DNA of 64,000 nucleotides from Pavona decussata (Eukaryota), in assembly GCA_977016875.1 (NCBI GenBank), contig CDRNST010000053.1, positions 1,054,001-1,118,000 on the forward strand, read 5' to 3'. This document shows, one piece after another, positions 48,691 to 61,085 of this stretch (positions are counted from its first letter, which is position 1; every line of letters starts with the position of its first letter). Both the position numbers and the translations under genes were made by a program. The notes below the pieces were generated by a model that was given only the letters and a program-made list of their open reading frames with translations, searched no databases and was not told where the DNA came from.

Positions 48691-49135
48691 CTAGGGAACT
48701 CCTCTGAGGAATCGGTCATTGTGCTCCACCGGATAGTTGACCTTTTCAAATAGAATTCTAAGCTTGGCGATAACTTCTTCGAGATACAGATTTCCTTGGA
48801 GAAGGTTGTGTAGCTCCAACACCATGATTAGCTCATTTGAGTGGGTCTTAATGTAGTTTTCAAATATTTCGCAGAAGTGGCTCAGTTTTTCTTGCCGTTC
48901 TGCCGTTAAATCACAGCAAGAGTTTACATTGAATTTCTTTTTCAATTTTCCTCACTGGGTCAGTAAATAGCAGTCCATATTTTGAAGCGGCTGTTGAGGT
49001 TGTCGTCTGTGTTACAATCCACAGATGGACCTTTGCCAATAAAGAAAGGGCCTGAGGCCATTTTGTTTGTCCACTGGATCACTGAAGCACGGTCAGTTCA
49101 CCCTTCTACCCACACCAGTGTACCAAGTTCAATTG
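48691..49135 (-). mobile_element. Gypsy gag 5' remnant
   Basis: MASGPFFIGKGPSVDCNTDDNLNSRFKIW then ..FENYIKTHSNELIMVLELHNLLQG..DRFLR; frameshifted. Confidence 0.55.
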
Positions 49136-49559
49136 TTACTAGCAGATACTCATTGGAAGGAATGTTCCATTTAGTTTTGAAATTCGCACAATATATTACG
49201 CTATCGACTGGACTGTACGAAATGGATTGTCTCCCACAGTATTTGGGATCTAACGGTAATATAAGGCTTCTTTAGAGAATTTGAAGGCCCGCTAAAGAAA
49301 TTTGACAGAATGGTAAAAATATCCGTTCGCATTCCTTCGTGGTTATGAAGTATGTGAAAATATTTCAATTTAAGGAAATATAATATTTTGTCATCAGCGT
49401 TTCATACTGGCGAGTTCTTTTCCTTTTTTTAATCAAAGCGAAGTCCTTTCCTCAATTAACAAGATGGTATAGTAGCCAGTCTTCTTTTGGTTTTATAGAA
49501 AAGGCAAATATAAAAATAGTTCTCTTGTTATAAAATATGTCTTTGCTATTGCAGTAAGT

Positions 49560-50069
49560 GGCAGGACAGAGTGTCCAACCTCCAGGTCCTGGAGAAGTGC
49601 GGCCTCCCCAGCACTGAATGCTAGATCATCAAGTGCCAGCTGAGATGGACAGGGCACATCGTCCAAATGGAGGACGACAGGATCCCGAAGATACTGCTGT
49701 ACGGACAGCTGAAGGAGGGGCATCTCGACCAGGGAAGACCCTTCAAGAGGTACAAGGACACTCTGAAGGCAAACTTTAAGAGCTACAACATTGACGTGGA
49801 CTCTTTGGAAGCAACTGCCTGTGACATAACTCTTTGGACAAACCAGTGCACTCAAGGCACGAAATACTTTGAAGTCAACAGGGCAGATGCAATCCTGGCA
49901 AAGAAAGAGAGGAGGAAACAGCGACCCGCTTCTGTGGACTCATTTTCATGCAGCCTCTGTGGCCGCTCGTTTGCGTCACGAATTGGTCTTTATTCTCACA
50001 TGAGGACCCACCTCGGCAAATGAGTTGTCTGCCTAACCATCTGTCGTATAGGCAGGAGAATCCATCATC
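49560..50069 (+). mobile_element. 5'-truncated RTE-clade LINE
   Basis: QLRWTGHIVQMEDDRIPKILLYGQL..GRPFKRYKDTLK..CSLCGRSFASRIGLYSHMRTH; (CAT)n tail; absent at the paralogous site ~30810; AAGT on both flanks. Confidence 0.88.
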
Positions 50070-50114
50070 AAGTAATACAACTGTAAGTTATAATAAATGA
50101 GAAACTTAACTTAC

Positions 50115-50410
50115 CGCAATACTGAAATGATGAACGTAATTACTGTGCACGAACTTATCCGAGTTGTTGCACCTGTCCGATGGCAACAGCGCACACCAAA
50201 GTTTTCCATTGATATCCGGGAAGGCAGCCAAGTTGTAGGAAAAACACGGAGCGGTTTCCAAACAGGCCAGTGCGCAGACAGAGCCCCGCTCAACGAGACT
50301 TTCACCAAGAATTTTTATATTCAGGTAGGAGAATTTGTGCGCCTTAAAATTGCCATAACCTACGGGACGGCTAACATCTTTGCGGCTGATACCTTTGTTA
50401 ACCACAATCT
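50115..50410 (-). CDS. Gene 3 exon 2: PAN/apple-like domain
   Basis: Phase 1-0, 296 nt; paralog of 30855-31150. Confidence 0.75.
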
Positions 50411-50589
50411 CTAAAATAAAAGAATATGATCGTTTTTAGGAAAAAAAAATTAAAATTGGCGAAACAGTAGGACGAAAAAACTTAACCATTAAATAAATGC
50501 AGCAAGAATAATCCTTTTTATCGATATGCGTAAGTTATTACCTTCTACAGAAAAAAAAGCTTACGATAAAACGTAGAAAAAAGCTCTAC

Positions 50590-50674
50590 CTTTGGTAGCG
50601 TGAGCAACTGAATATGAGGCGACGACTGCCAGTGTAAAAAGCAAAGTCATACGAAATACTGAAACTTTCTCCAT
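50590..50674 (-). CDS. Gene 3 exon 1: signal peptide
   Basis: MEKVSVFRMTLLFTLAVVASYSVAHATK, 85 nt, phase 1. Confidence 0.75.
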
Positions 50675-51141
50675 CTTCTGCTTCAGTTTCCAAGCTATGG
50701 GCTGTATTTCAGTTCCTTCACAAAGCTCCTGTATATCATGTTTACCGAAAGCACCTGCCAAATGCGGCAATATATGAAATGCGTTGTTTAATTGGTTTCA
50801 CAGCTGAATGCAATGCGATCGTTTAATTAGGTGTTACTAATACAAGGCCGGAATTCAATGCGTCTGAAGGCGCCCCAAATGACAGGTTTTACGAGTTTCT
50901 TATTTTCAATACAGTATCTGAAAGCTAGAGAAATGCGGTGCAGACTATCGGCCAATGTTCTTCAGTATCGCATTTACGCATTATCAAAACAGTTCGTTGG
51001 GGCTTTTCGTTGTTTTTGAAACACGAAATGTTAAATAAGTTATAAAAAAGGAGTATTGAAGTTGGGAGTAGGAGATCATTTTTATAAAAGTTATCACATA
51101 CACGCCAACTTGTATCGTAGCTCTCCATATGAAGGGGAAGT

Positions 51142-51175
<34 letters not shown>

Positions 51176-52969
51176 CTTTATAAGGCACAAAATTCATAAA
51201 GCTAACACTTATTTACAATGAAGTTGTGCGTTTGAAGTTAATTTATGCAAATTGAAAATATCACAACTTAAAATAGTAACACTAATCACAAACAGGTAAT
51301 AAAACATTATAATACATAGCAGGTTACAATAAATTTGAATATCACTGACACGCGTGGGGCCAATAATTGGTAGAAAAAGACCTAAGTGAACTAGGTTTTT
51401 TTGTAGTAGTATTCACACTGTTGTACAATTTAGCAGTTGAATAGGTAAAATACCTGTAGCCAGAGTTTGAAGTTTTTTTGCCATGTGAAGATTGTTGTAC
51501 CTAACCCCACACCATAGACAAAAAAGATGTGGGAACTATATGTTAATAAAATCAGATAGTGCGTTTAATTGGCGCACCTCACGCGGTATGGTGTAACATA
51601 AAAAGCGCTAATACAGCAACTCAACCTTAATTTATCCATCTGGCCCTAGTTGTTCAAAGAGCGGATAATTTTATCCACTGGATAGGTCGCTACCCGGCAG
51701 ATGAAATGTGTGCAAGATTTTCCCGATAGCCCTATAATTTGTGGATAGAGTAGAAGCATATGTCAAATTCAAGTATGGGATTGTGTGGGAAACTTGCCAA
51801 AAGCGTTAGTTAAAGTACATTTGCACCGCTGGATAGTGAGTTATTCAGTGGATAAAGTTATCCGCTCTTTGAACAACTGGCTCCAGAACGGCGGGTGACA
51901 CACCTCACACCGTCTGGTGTAACATAAATACCCTAATACAGCCGAACTTAGCCCTTAATCTTTATCCATTAGAAAGACGGGTGACAAACCTCACACGATT
52001 CGCTGTAACTTAAAAAACCCTAATGCGGCAGGTGACACGCATCATACGGTCTTGTGTAACATAAATAACTCTAACACAGCAACTCAGCACTTAATTTTTA
52101 TTCATCAGAATGGCGGGTGACAAACCTCACACAATCTGCTGTAACTTAAAAAACAAACAAACAAAACAAAACAAAACAAAACAACAACAACAACAAAAAC
52201 ACTAATGCGGCGGGTGACAAGCGTCATACGCTCTGGTGTAACATAAAAGAACCCTGATACAGAAGCTAAACCCTTACTAAAGTTAAATTTAATTTCCAGC
52301 TAAAGCATGCTAACAGATCAATCTGTATTAGCTTACATAGATGTGCCTTGAAACTGAGGCCACAAAACGTTCTGGGGAAACAGAATACGGTATTTTAAGT
52401 ATTTTGGCTAAGTGTTCTTGTCCCTGGACCGACGAACTGAACTCCCAGGATCCCTGCCTAGGGCGATTAAACCAAAGGCTGTTTTTCCTCGGTTTTCCCT
52501 GCAATCCTGCATGATTGAAAGCTTTCCTTAAAATTGCCAAAAACATCGCTCACATCATAAGTGAATCTCTTATGAAACTTCTCATGCAGGAAAGTTTGTC
52601 AAGAGCGAGTTTTATTTATAAAATTGTCCTTTATCGGTGTATATTTAAATTCTCCTATTGTTTCTTGCTATTGTTTTTTTTTCATATATTTTTCTCTCTC
52701 CTACGTAATAATTGTAAATGAAGTAAAGTTAAAAAACTTAAATAGCATTGTAAGTAATGTTAACAGCGTATTGTAAATGGACCAACGTATTGTAAGTGTT
52801 ATTAAGTATTTGTGTCTTAGTCGTATTAGTGCCACATCGTAAGTAATGTTTATTGTTGGAGCACAGTTTAGTATTGTAAGTAATATGTTAAATTTTTGTA
52901 TTGTTTTGCAATAAAAAATATATTTTCGTCAGAAAAACAACAACAACAACAACAACAACAAAAAAAAAG

Positions 52970-54260
52970 AATTCATTGATCTACACATTCTATAAACCCA
53001 CCAACTCGTTTACCCCTGCACGCGCTTTCCTACTTATGGGCACACCCATTCGAGTAATTTTCCACTCTCCTACGTTCCATGAATTCTAAATTCCACTGAT
53101 CAATTCATCTACACCTTCATGGACTCAGTTACTCATCCATCCATTCATTGATTCAGTCATTCTATCAATCTACCTACTCGTGTACCTCTGCACGCGCTTT
53201 CCTACTTACCCTCTCACCCATTCGAGTAATATTCCACTCATACTGATGACGTTCCATAAATTCTCAGATCCACTGGTCAATTCATGTCTACCCCCTCATG
53301 GACACATTGTTTCACTCATTCTATCAATCCACCCACTCGTGTACCTCTGCACGCGCTTTCCTACTTATCCGAGCACCCCAAGCATTCGAGTAATATTCCA
53401 CTCTTCTACTCTACGTTCCATGAATTTTCAGATCCACTGCTCAATTCATCTACTCCTTCATTGGATCCAGTTACTCATCCATCCATTTATCGATCCAGTT
53501 ATCCACCAATCACTTTATACCTGTCAATTTCCTCATTGACGAAAAGCTCCACATGGTCTTTTTTGTGGGCAGTATTTGCCCGTGCTTGTGTTTTTTTCGA
53601 TACTGTTTGAGATACAAAGTGTTACAGTGTTAATGAAAGCCATTGTGCAAGATATTTACTATATCCTACATCAGGTGGCTCTAATTTTATTACGTTATGA
53701 TAAAATAATGGCACAGTTTCTTTATTTATGCACTTAAGTGGTCGTAACGTAACTCATACTGATGACGTTCCATAAATTCTCAGATTCACTGGTCAATTCA
53801 TGTCTACCCCTTCATGGACACAGTTACTCATCCATCCATTCATTGATTCATTCATTATATCAATCCACCAACTCGTGTACCTGTGCACGCGCTTTCCTTC
53901 TTATCCGAGCACCCATTCCAGTAATATTCCTTTCTTCTACGTTCCATGAATTTTCAGATTCACTGCTCAATTCATCTACTCCTTCACTCAACCATCCATT
54001 CATTGATCCAGTTATCCACCAATCACTTTATACCTGTCAATTCGCTCATTGAAAAAAGCTCCAGATGGTCTTTTTGTGCGCAGTATTTGCCCGTGCTTGT
54101 GTTTTTATTCGATACTGTTTGAGATACAAAGTGTTACCGTGTTAATGAAAGCCATTGTGCAAGATATTTACTATATCCTACATCAGGTGGCTCTAGTTTT
54201 ATTACGTTATGATAAAATAATGGAACAGTTTCTTAATTTATGCAAATAAGTGGTCGTAGC
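52970..54260. repeat. Hierarchical tandem repeat (about 150-185-bp units; ~510-bp block 53240-53750 repeated at 53752-54260)
   Basis: Recurring acgttccat.aatt.tcaga..cactg.tcaattcat.tctac; absent from unit A. Confidence 0.8.
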
Positions 54261-55499
54261 GTTTAAGTGTGGTGATGAAGCTGAAGGTTCATTAAAAGCT
54301 GACAAATGCCACCTTTCTTTGGAACTACTCAGTCTGGATGAAATATTTAAGCCAGCATCACACTAGGCCATGTTATTGGCCGATCAGCTGCTACGATGGC
54401 GTTTTTCGACGATCGCTGACAACATTACCGATACCTGACATATCAACTGATATCGGTGATTAGGGAATTGGTCGTATTGAGTTTTTTCGAAGAGGACCCA
54501 CATTGTCTTGAGTAGGGTGTTATCAAAGATACCACCTCAGCTCATAAACATTACCGACAAAATTTTATTGGATTTAGAATTTGAGTAGACACAGAAATAT
54601 TCAGCTAGCAAGAGTCGACATTGCTAGATAAAAAAAGACAAGTGAGGTTTGAATCTCACTGTCATTTTTCACTGCTGGATAGGGGGTGGCTATACAATAA
54701 GTCGTCATCTTTTGAGGTTGAGGAAAGAGGGTGCAGGCAGAGACCACCATCTATTTTGTGGTTTGGTGTGTCCCGTTCGAATATAATCGTTTTTACCCCT
54801 TCTCTTAAACTCGCTGTCATTCGTGTGTTTTTCCCATGATTTTATACGCTCGTCATTGCGATTCGCCAACTAATTCAACTAATAAGGTTGTGCGATTTTA
54901 TCACATGACTTTGCGAAATGACGGGTAAACGATCGCCTTGTGTGCACTTGTCAAGCAACGAAATTCGATTGCGATTTTCACTTGAGATCAAATTCGTCCT
55001 GATCGGCATATAAAATCGCCTAGTGTGTCGCTGGTGTTAAGTCTGATATTCCAAATACCAGCTTGGCTAAATCTTGGTGCCTTTCGATTTTTTTGCGACT
55101 GATTTGCTATTTTGTAATATAAAATTTTGGAAAATTCAAAAAGTGCAAGACTGAACGAGGATCGGTTCAACGNNNNNNNNNNNNNNNNNNNNNNNNNNNN
55201 NNNNNNNNNNNNNNNNNNNNNNNNNNNNNNNNNNNNNNNNNNNNNNNNNNNNNNNNNNNNNNNNNNNNNNNNNNNNNNNNNNNNNNNNNNNNNNNNNNNN
55301 NNNNNNNNNNATGACTACATTTTTAAGGAACTCACATTCATGATTTTCAGATATTATTAGTTGCTAAGTTTTATTTATTTATTTATTTAGCTTTTATTAT
55401 ATTATAAATTTTATAATATGTAAGTCTAGAGAGATTCGCTATTCCTACACGTAGTTTGGGCCACGTTTAACGCCCCAGTCTATGTATAATCTTATGGCA

Positions 55500-55980
55500 T
55501 ACAAACGTTATGAGTTCGTGAAACAACGTTTTATTGCAATCAATTGATCGAAACTTTCTAATTCGAGAAATAGTGGGAATGTGAAAAAAAAATGCAGAGG
55601 GTTGAATAATAGAACCATCAACCGCTGTGAAACAAAGAATCTGAGAAGTGGGTGTACTTTGCGGTACAAAAACCAAAAGTTCTGTCTTCAATTTACTATT
55701 AAGTTTAAGTTTATTCAAGGACATCCAAGCTGTAAAATCCTGTAGACAGGTTTCAATTCTCGACACAGTAACAGATGAAACGAATTTAAAAGAAAAATAA
55801 ACTTGAGAGCCGTCAGCATGAAAATAGAAGTTCATATCATGTCTTCTAATAACATCGCCAAGAGGCAACGCATACAGTAGATACAAAATGGGACCAAGCA
55901 CGGATCCTTGAGGAACTCCATACATGATATCGGGAGTAACACGATCGATTTGTACAAAGAAATTGACTTCGGTCAGCAGG
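55500..55980 (-). mobile_element. CR1/L2-type RT fragment, paralog of 34290-35290
   Basis: [27 protein letters not shown]. Confidence 0.8.
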
Positions 55981-56909
55981 ATAAAACCATGCGCACCAGT
56001 CACCAGTCTCAGCCCATGCGACATTACCCAAGTCTGTTTCTCCTCGTCTTCCTTCTAAACGAAGTCTCATACGCTCCTGTTACACCAATCCGAGTGTGGA
56101 GATGAAGCTGAATGGTGTAAGGCACTCGCTTGACTCAGCAGAGAGACACCACGAATCTTTAGAGTAGCTCTTTTTCATTCTTAAAGGACTGGTTCTTCAC
56201 AACAAAAACTCGGCGACAATTCTGTTCCATTCTACGTGTACTTTACAAGTAAACTAAGACTATTCTACTCAATTCTACATCTACTCTACATTTTTAATAC
56301 AAGTATCACTCAAATCACGCCTTACTTTATAGTGTGGTGTAAACATGTTTACGACTGTAATTCAACCAAGGCCAGATGGTCCCAACCAGAGATAAGAATC
56401 GGTTTTGCCCAATACTCTAACAGGAAAGAACAACACAATTGTTCTAAGAAAATAGATAGAAAGGGAAACCAATCAGGCTGATAAAAACCTTAAGTGTTTT
56501 GCATTGATTTCAACCTGGCCTCCGAGGAGGCCCAAGCCAAGGTTAAAGGAAGTAGGCAAACCTGTCCACAGCACAGCTGTTAACTCTAATCTTTAAAGTG
56601 CCCATAACGGAATTTTTTTATTTTCTTATCTGAATCTAAACATCACCCGAAAAACTTCTGCGAAAAAAAAAATTTGATTTGCATGAAACGCGAATTTTTT
56701 ATGAATTTTTGAAATCCTATTTTATTGCGGTCAATCCGCCCCGCTGATACGAAGGCTGACAGGCTCACGATAGGGCCCCATGACGTACATTCAGGAACTC
56801 TCGTGTCTATGCACTCACTTGACCTTCAGTAAAGTCGGTTCGCGGCAGAAAGAAAATCGTCAGATTCACCGGTAGGAAGGAAAAAATTAGCTCCAAATAA
56901 GTATATTCC

Positions 56910-57425
56910 ATGGCAGCAAACTTATCAGACACAGAAAGTAAGCAAACTGCTGAAGAAAGCAGCTAGGACGAATTTGAAAGCGTCGAAGTCAAGTTGAGGC
57001 GATAGATGGCGTCCACGAAGCAAGTAATACGCGTGAAGATGATGATACACTCGAACCGTACCCGGCCGAGCCGATAGCAGACGAAGAATGGCTAAAAAGA
57101 TATCGCAAGGAACAAGAGGAGAAGCGACGACTCGAGGAAGATTTAACGAAACGCTTGGAGAATAGAGTGCGTGTTAGTGGATGGTAAAGTTCTCACCTTG
57201 CATTTTCCATACGCGCTCTTCATTATCATCTGTCAAAACTATGGCAAAGTACTCAAATACATTCCAACGAATTATTTTCAATGTAGGTGTACTTGTGGTA
57301 ACTGTAGCCGTGATCTGCTAACAAATATCAGCGAGTGCTACTGCTGCAAGGAACTCGAAGGCAATTGGGTAGCGCTGACTAGCGACATTGTTCTCGCGGA
57401 ACTACAGGAAGGACACGTGTTGAAC
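56910..57425 (+). pseudogene. Kolobok accessory protein relic with P2X7 cytoplasmic-ballast-like Cys cluster (intron 57184-57286)
   Basis: EPYPAEPIADEEWLKRY..RLE..W|CTCGNCSRDLLTNISECYCCKELEG; early stop and frameshift; cut by a Penelope fragment. Confidence 0.7.
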
Positions 57426-58000
57426 TATGATAATAATAATATTTGTATACAAGCTTGTTGCATCCATTGATACTAAGATAGTATCTTGAGAGACCTTGGT
57501 CTTTCCTATAAAGTTAACAAAATCCATTGTATCTTTTAGGCGCATACGTCTTGCGAAATGTTCAAAGTCTAACAACAGTTGGCGTCTAATGTAATTCGCG
57601 TCTGTCACCTGTGTCGGGACAAATTTGAGCCCTTTAGAAATAACGCTAACAGGCTGTCGCTAAGTTGTTGGTTTAAAAAATTCTTTAGGAATTTTTCGTG
57701 TTTTTCTCTTTATGTCTCAATCCGTTTTTTAACCAATTTCTTTTCTGCGCTCTTTGCGCTTGTTATTTGTTTTGTGCCCCTTTTTATTTTGAACCCCCGT
57801 TGTGGTGGTTAGGTTTTCAGACATAACACTTTAATACTTTTCAACATTTTTATTGTTTGCAGAATTCTGCAACACATGTGTGTACAATATTTGTTTGAGC
57901 TCGTTAAATTCTTGCTGCAGTTTATCTACCTTATCTACATCGTGGTTTACAATGTTTTCTGTGTTCGCCTAGCGCGGCTGTTCTCGCATCGATCTATTTA
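57425..58000 (-). mobile_element. Penelope-like retroelement fragments
   Basis: RRQLLLDFEHFARRMRL and DTMDFVNFI..TILVSMDATSLYTNI (Penelope RT motif), joined by deletion. Confidence 0.7.
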
Positions 58001-58313
58001 CATCAGTGCTAGCATTTGTGCTAGTATTTTTTGAAAGCTTGGTCTCAACGAAACTCAGCGGATCTCACGATCTATGAGAATATATACCAAAACAATTACG
58101 CCATATTGTATAAAACTTGCGACTAAGTTAACAGTGAGGTCAAACTATAAACCTCAGAAGGTTACAACGCTTAGAATGTCACAAGCGGGTGTGAATATTT
58201 ATCGAAAGCTTAACCATTCACTTCTCCCTGCTCCTCTTCGAAGGTGGCTCTTGGTCTTCGTCTTCCTTTCGCTTAGCATGTTTTGAAGGATAAACACAAA
58301 CGCCGATGTCATC

Positions 58314-58574
58314 CTACTTCAGTTCACGTTTTAAGTTTAAACCTGAATTCATCAGCCTTGTGAAATCCTCGTCATTGAAGTGCATCGAGCACAAGGACGA
58401 GGTCTTTCCAGGCGTCCACATCTTCCTCCGCTCCAGCACAAAATCGATCCATTTCTTTCGCCTCCTTAGCCTTTGCCGGCATGTGGTGCCAAAGAAAGGA
58501 ATCCTGTGCATGCTTGTTCCATTTGCTTCGTCTTTGATGTTTCCACATCTCGCTGCAACACATCTTTCCGGCAT
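58314..58574 (-). pseudogene. THAP-domain N-terminus of the Kolobok-type transposase (catalytic core missing)
   Basis: MPERCVAARC..HRIP..W..LCSMHFNDEDF is a C2CH THAP signature; stop after 86 aa. Confidence 0.8.
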
Positions 58575-59173
58575 TTTCGAGAAACGTGCAGAAATACCGC
58601 GACTTGTTTTCAGTGAGATTCAGAGAAAGGCTGAAGTCACGTGTTCCTGAATCTACGTCACAGCTCTTGCCAAACCGAATGGAGGGCCAAAATGGCGGCA
58701 AATTTGAACGTCTTATAAAATTCATTAAAAATTCGTGTTGAATGCAAATCGAAAATTTTTTTCACTGAAGTTCTTAGGGTGATGTTTAGATTCAGATGAG
58801 AAAATAAAAAAAAAAAAATCCGTTATGGACACTTTAAACAACTGGAAAATGTCAAATAATCTGGAAAATATCCATCAAAACTATCGAAAGGAAATAACAA
58901 CTGTATTCTAAAGTTAAAGTCGAAAACACACCCTTACATTCGCTTTACAACAATGGGCACTATCTATCGTGATACACAGTCTGTTTCCGCAAACTAACTT
59001 GAGGTTCTTGGATGAAATACTTAAGTGTGACAATCCAAATGCCAGTACGGCTACATTGTGGTGCTTTTTGATTTGTTTGTGACCGGTTAAGTATTGTGTA
59101 ACATAAAGTTTTGGATCAGTTTTTGCAGTTTCAAAAAAATAGATAGACTGGACAAGGATCGGACCAGGATAAC

Positions 59174-59818
59174 TTAGCGTACCCATAAGTTTAAACCGTA
59201 AGCACCAGTTTGTACTTTAAATGCGTTATCACCAAAGTCGTTTTCTCCTCGTCCTCCATCTCTAAACGAAGGCGCTTTCGCGCCTGTTATACTAATCCCG
59301 TGATCACCACGGGAACAAGAACCTCCTCCACCGCCAATCATGATCAAAGAGCCATCCCACCCGCCGTCACACCAGAAGCCAATGTAATTGGCAGTTTGGA
59401 AATCTCCATTGCATTTTGCTTCTGAGAAACCTGCAGTTGTTTCGTACTGTCCGCCATATTGGACCGGGCAGGTTCCCTTACATGCACAACAATCGTGCCA
59501 GCGGGTATTCCGGAAGTCACCATAGCTTGTGATTTTGGTTCTGAATGTCTGTCCGCCCAGACAGTCACCCGCGGTCTGCAACAGAGCGGTGTGCTGAGGA
59601 TCATCACTGCGCGTGATCTTCAACTCTTGGCCGCTGGTCATCCAAAACGCTGGCGAGATCATATCATTGTTGTTTAATGGATCAGTAGTGTCACCAAAAG
59701 CTTGCCTTATGTCGTACCAGAAATAGCCAGTGTCGGCCATCCAGTTTAGGGTGTCATTGTTTGAGAAACGAGCGATGAGAGTCCAGCCATATTCAGCCAA
59801 CGTGATATGACAATATGC
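59174..59818 (-). CDS. Gene 4 terminal exon: fibrinogen-related/intelectin-like domain
   Basis: Acceptor tattag, phase 0, 645 nt; close paralog of gene 2. Confidence 0.88.
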   Translation of the reverse strand, partial: AYCHITLAEYGWTLIARFSNNDTLNWMADTGYFWYDIRQAFGDTTDPLNNNDMISPAFWMTSGQELKITRSDDPQHTALLQTAGDCLGGQTFRTKITSYGDFRNTRWHDCCACKGTCPVQYGGQYETTAGFSEAKCNGDFQTANYIGFWCDGGWDGSLIMIGGGGGSCSRGDHGISITGAKAPSFRDGGRGENDFGDNAFKVQTGAYGLNLWVR

Positions 59819-60929
59819 CTAATACAAAAAAGATAAATGCAATGAAATGAATTAAGCATTAAACAGTTCTTTACGGAGACGCTACTTGAATGCTATATTG
59901 CATTGTAAAAGTTTAATCTTATCATGAACGTCATCTCGTTTACTTTCATGCTTTCAAATGCTGTCTTTAATTCGTTTTGTTTTTAAACCATTCTGTTAAA
60001 TAAAGAAAATTTTGCGCGAATTTAATTTGCTTTCATTTTATATTCTTATCGACATCCACAATATTTGGACCCCAATTAACAGGGCGGATTTTTTTTACTA
60101 CAGTTAGCAAAACTTTCCTATCTCGTTCTCGAAAAGTGTCACCCTGGACTTAGCTTCATCTTAAATGACTTTCGGAATTGCGTTTTCTTTCATCGTTGTT
60201 CTTCCTCAAAATTATCGCGATCCTGGGGGATATTCCCATTGCGATGAGACGTCAATATAAAGTCGTATTGCTGTCTCAAAATGACGGTTTCTGATTGGCT
60301 CAAAAACTGTCATTGAAGCATGACAGCACGGCACTTAAATGGGTTTGGCGCGCACAGATCAAAATTTTACTTCTGTGAATGAACATGCGACGTTGGATGG
60401 TGTTGTTTATTTCTTCTCATTTGATTTTACCAAGCTTCTGACACTGTTCAAGGACCACTTATTTTTTTTGTGGTGAACATGTACCATGATACATCGGATA
60501 CAACTTTTTCTTGAAGGTAAGCGAAAAAGAGTGATTATAAATTCGATGAAGAGAAATTTACTTAAAATACTTTCTTGAGTGTGAAAGCGGCCACGGTAAA
60601 TATCAATGAGCTTAAATTCCAATAAATTATGGCACTTTCAAAGCAAACGGATCTGTTTCTTTTCTGATGTCTCTTATCTCTAGAAAAAATTGCTCAAAGA
60701 GCGCTGCTGCGTTCTCTTTCATGGCTCAGGTTTGTCAATTTGTAGTAGGTGCTTTATGGACTGTAAATTTTTGCATTTTCTTTGTTTTGACGAAAAAATT
60801 AAAGCCAAAAATTCAAATAACCCGCCCCGTTTAACTGAAGTAAGAATTTATCTTTCAATCTGCGCACGATTTGTACTTTATCCGTTTACTCTCTCCAACA
60901 AAATGTCAATATCGCGATAAAAAACTAAA

Positions 60930-61085
60930 CTCCATTTTGAGACGGCAATACGACTTCATATTGACGGCGTTGGGAGAAAAGATATTCCGTATTGGGCTCC
61001 GTCGCTTTGCGACTCCGCCCAATACGGAATATATTTTCTCCCAACTAGCCGTCAATATAAAGTCGTATTGCCGTCTCAAAATCGG
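60930..61085. repeat. Long hairpin (about 63-bp arms), part of an interspersed element starting near 60230
   Basis: attttgagacggcaatacgact..tattccgtattggg [ctccgtcgctttgcgactccg] cccaatacggaata..agtcgtattgccgtctcaaaat; one arm also repeated at ~60250-60283. Confidence 0.8.

Larger units (their letters stand above)
56597..58833. mobile_element. Kolobok-type DNA transposon, internally deleted
   Basis: TTAA TSD (56593-56596, 58834-58837); AG...CT termini; ~115-bp imperfect TIRs; empty site in unit A at ~35950; convergent THAP and Cys-rich ORFs. Confidence 0.85.
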
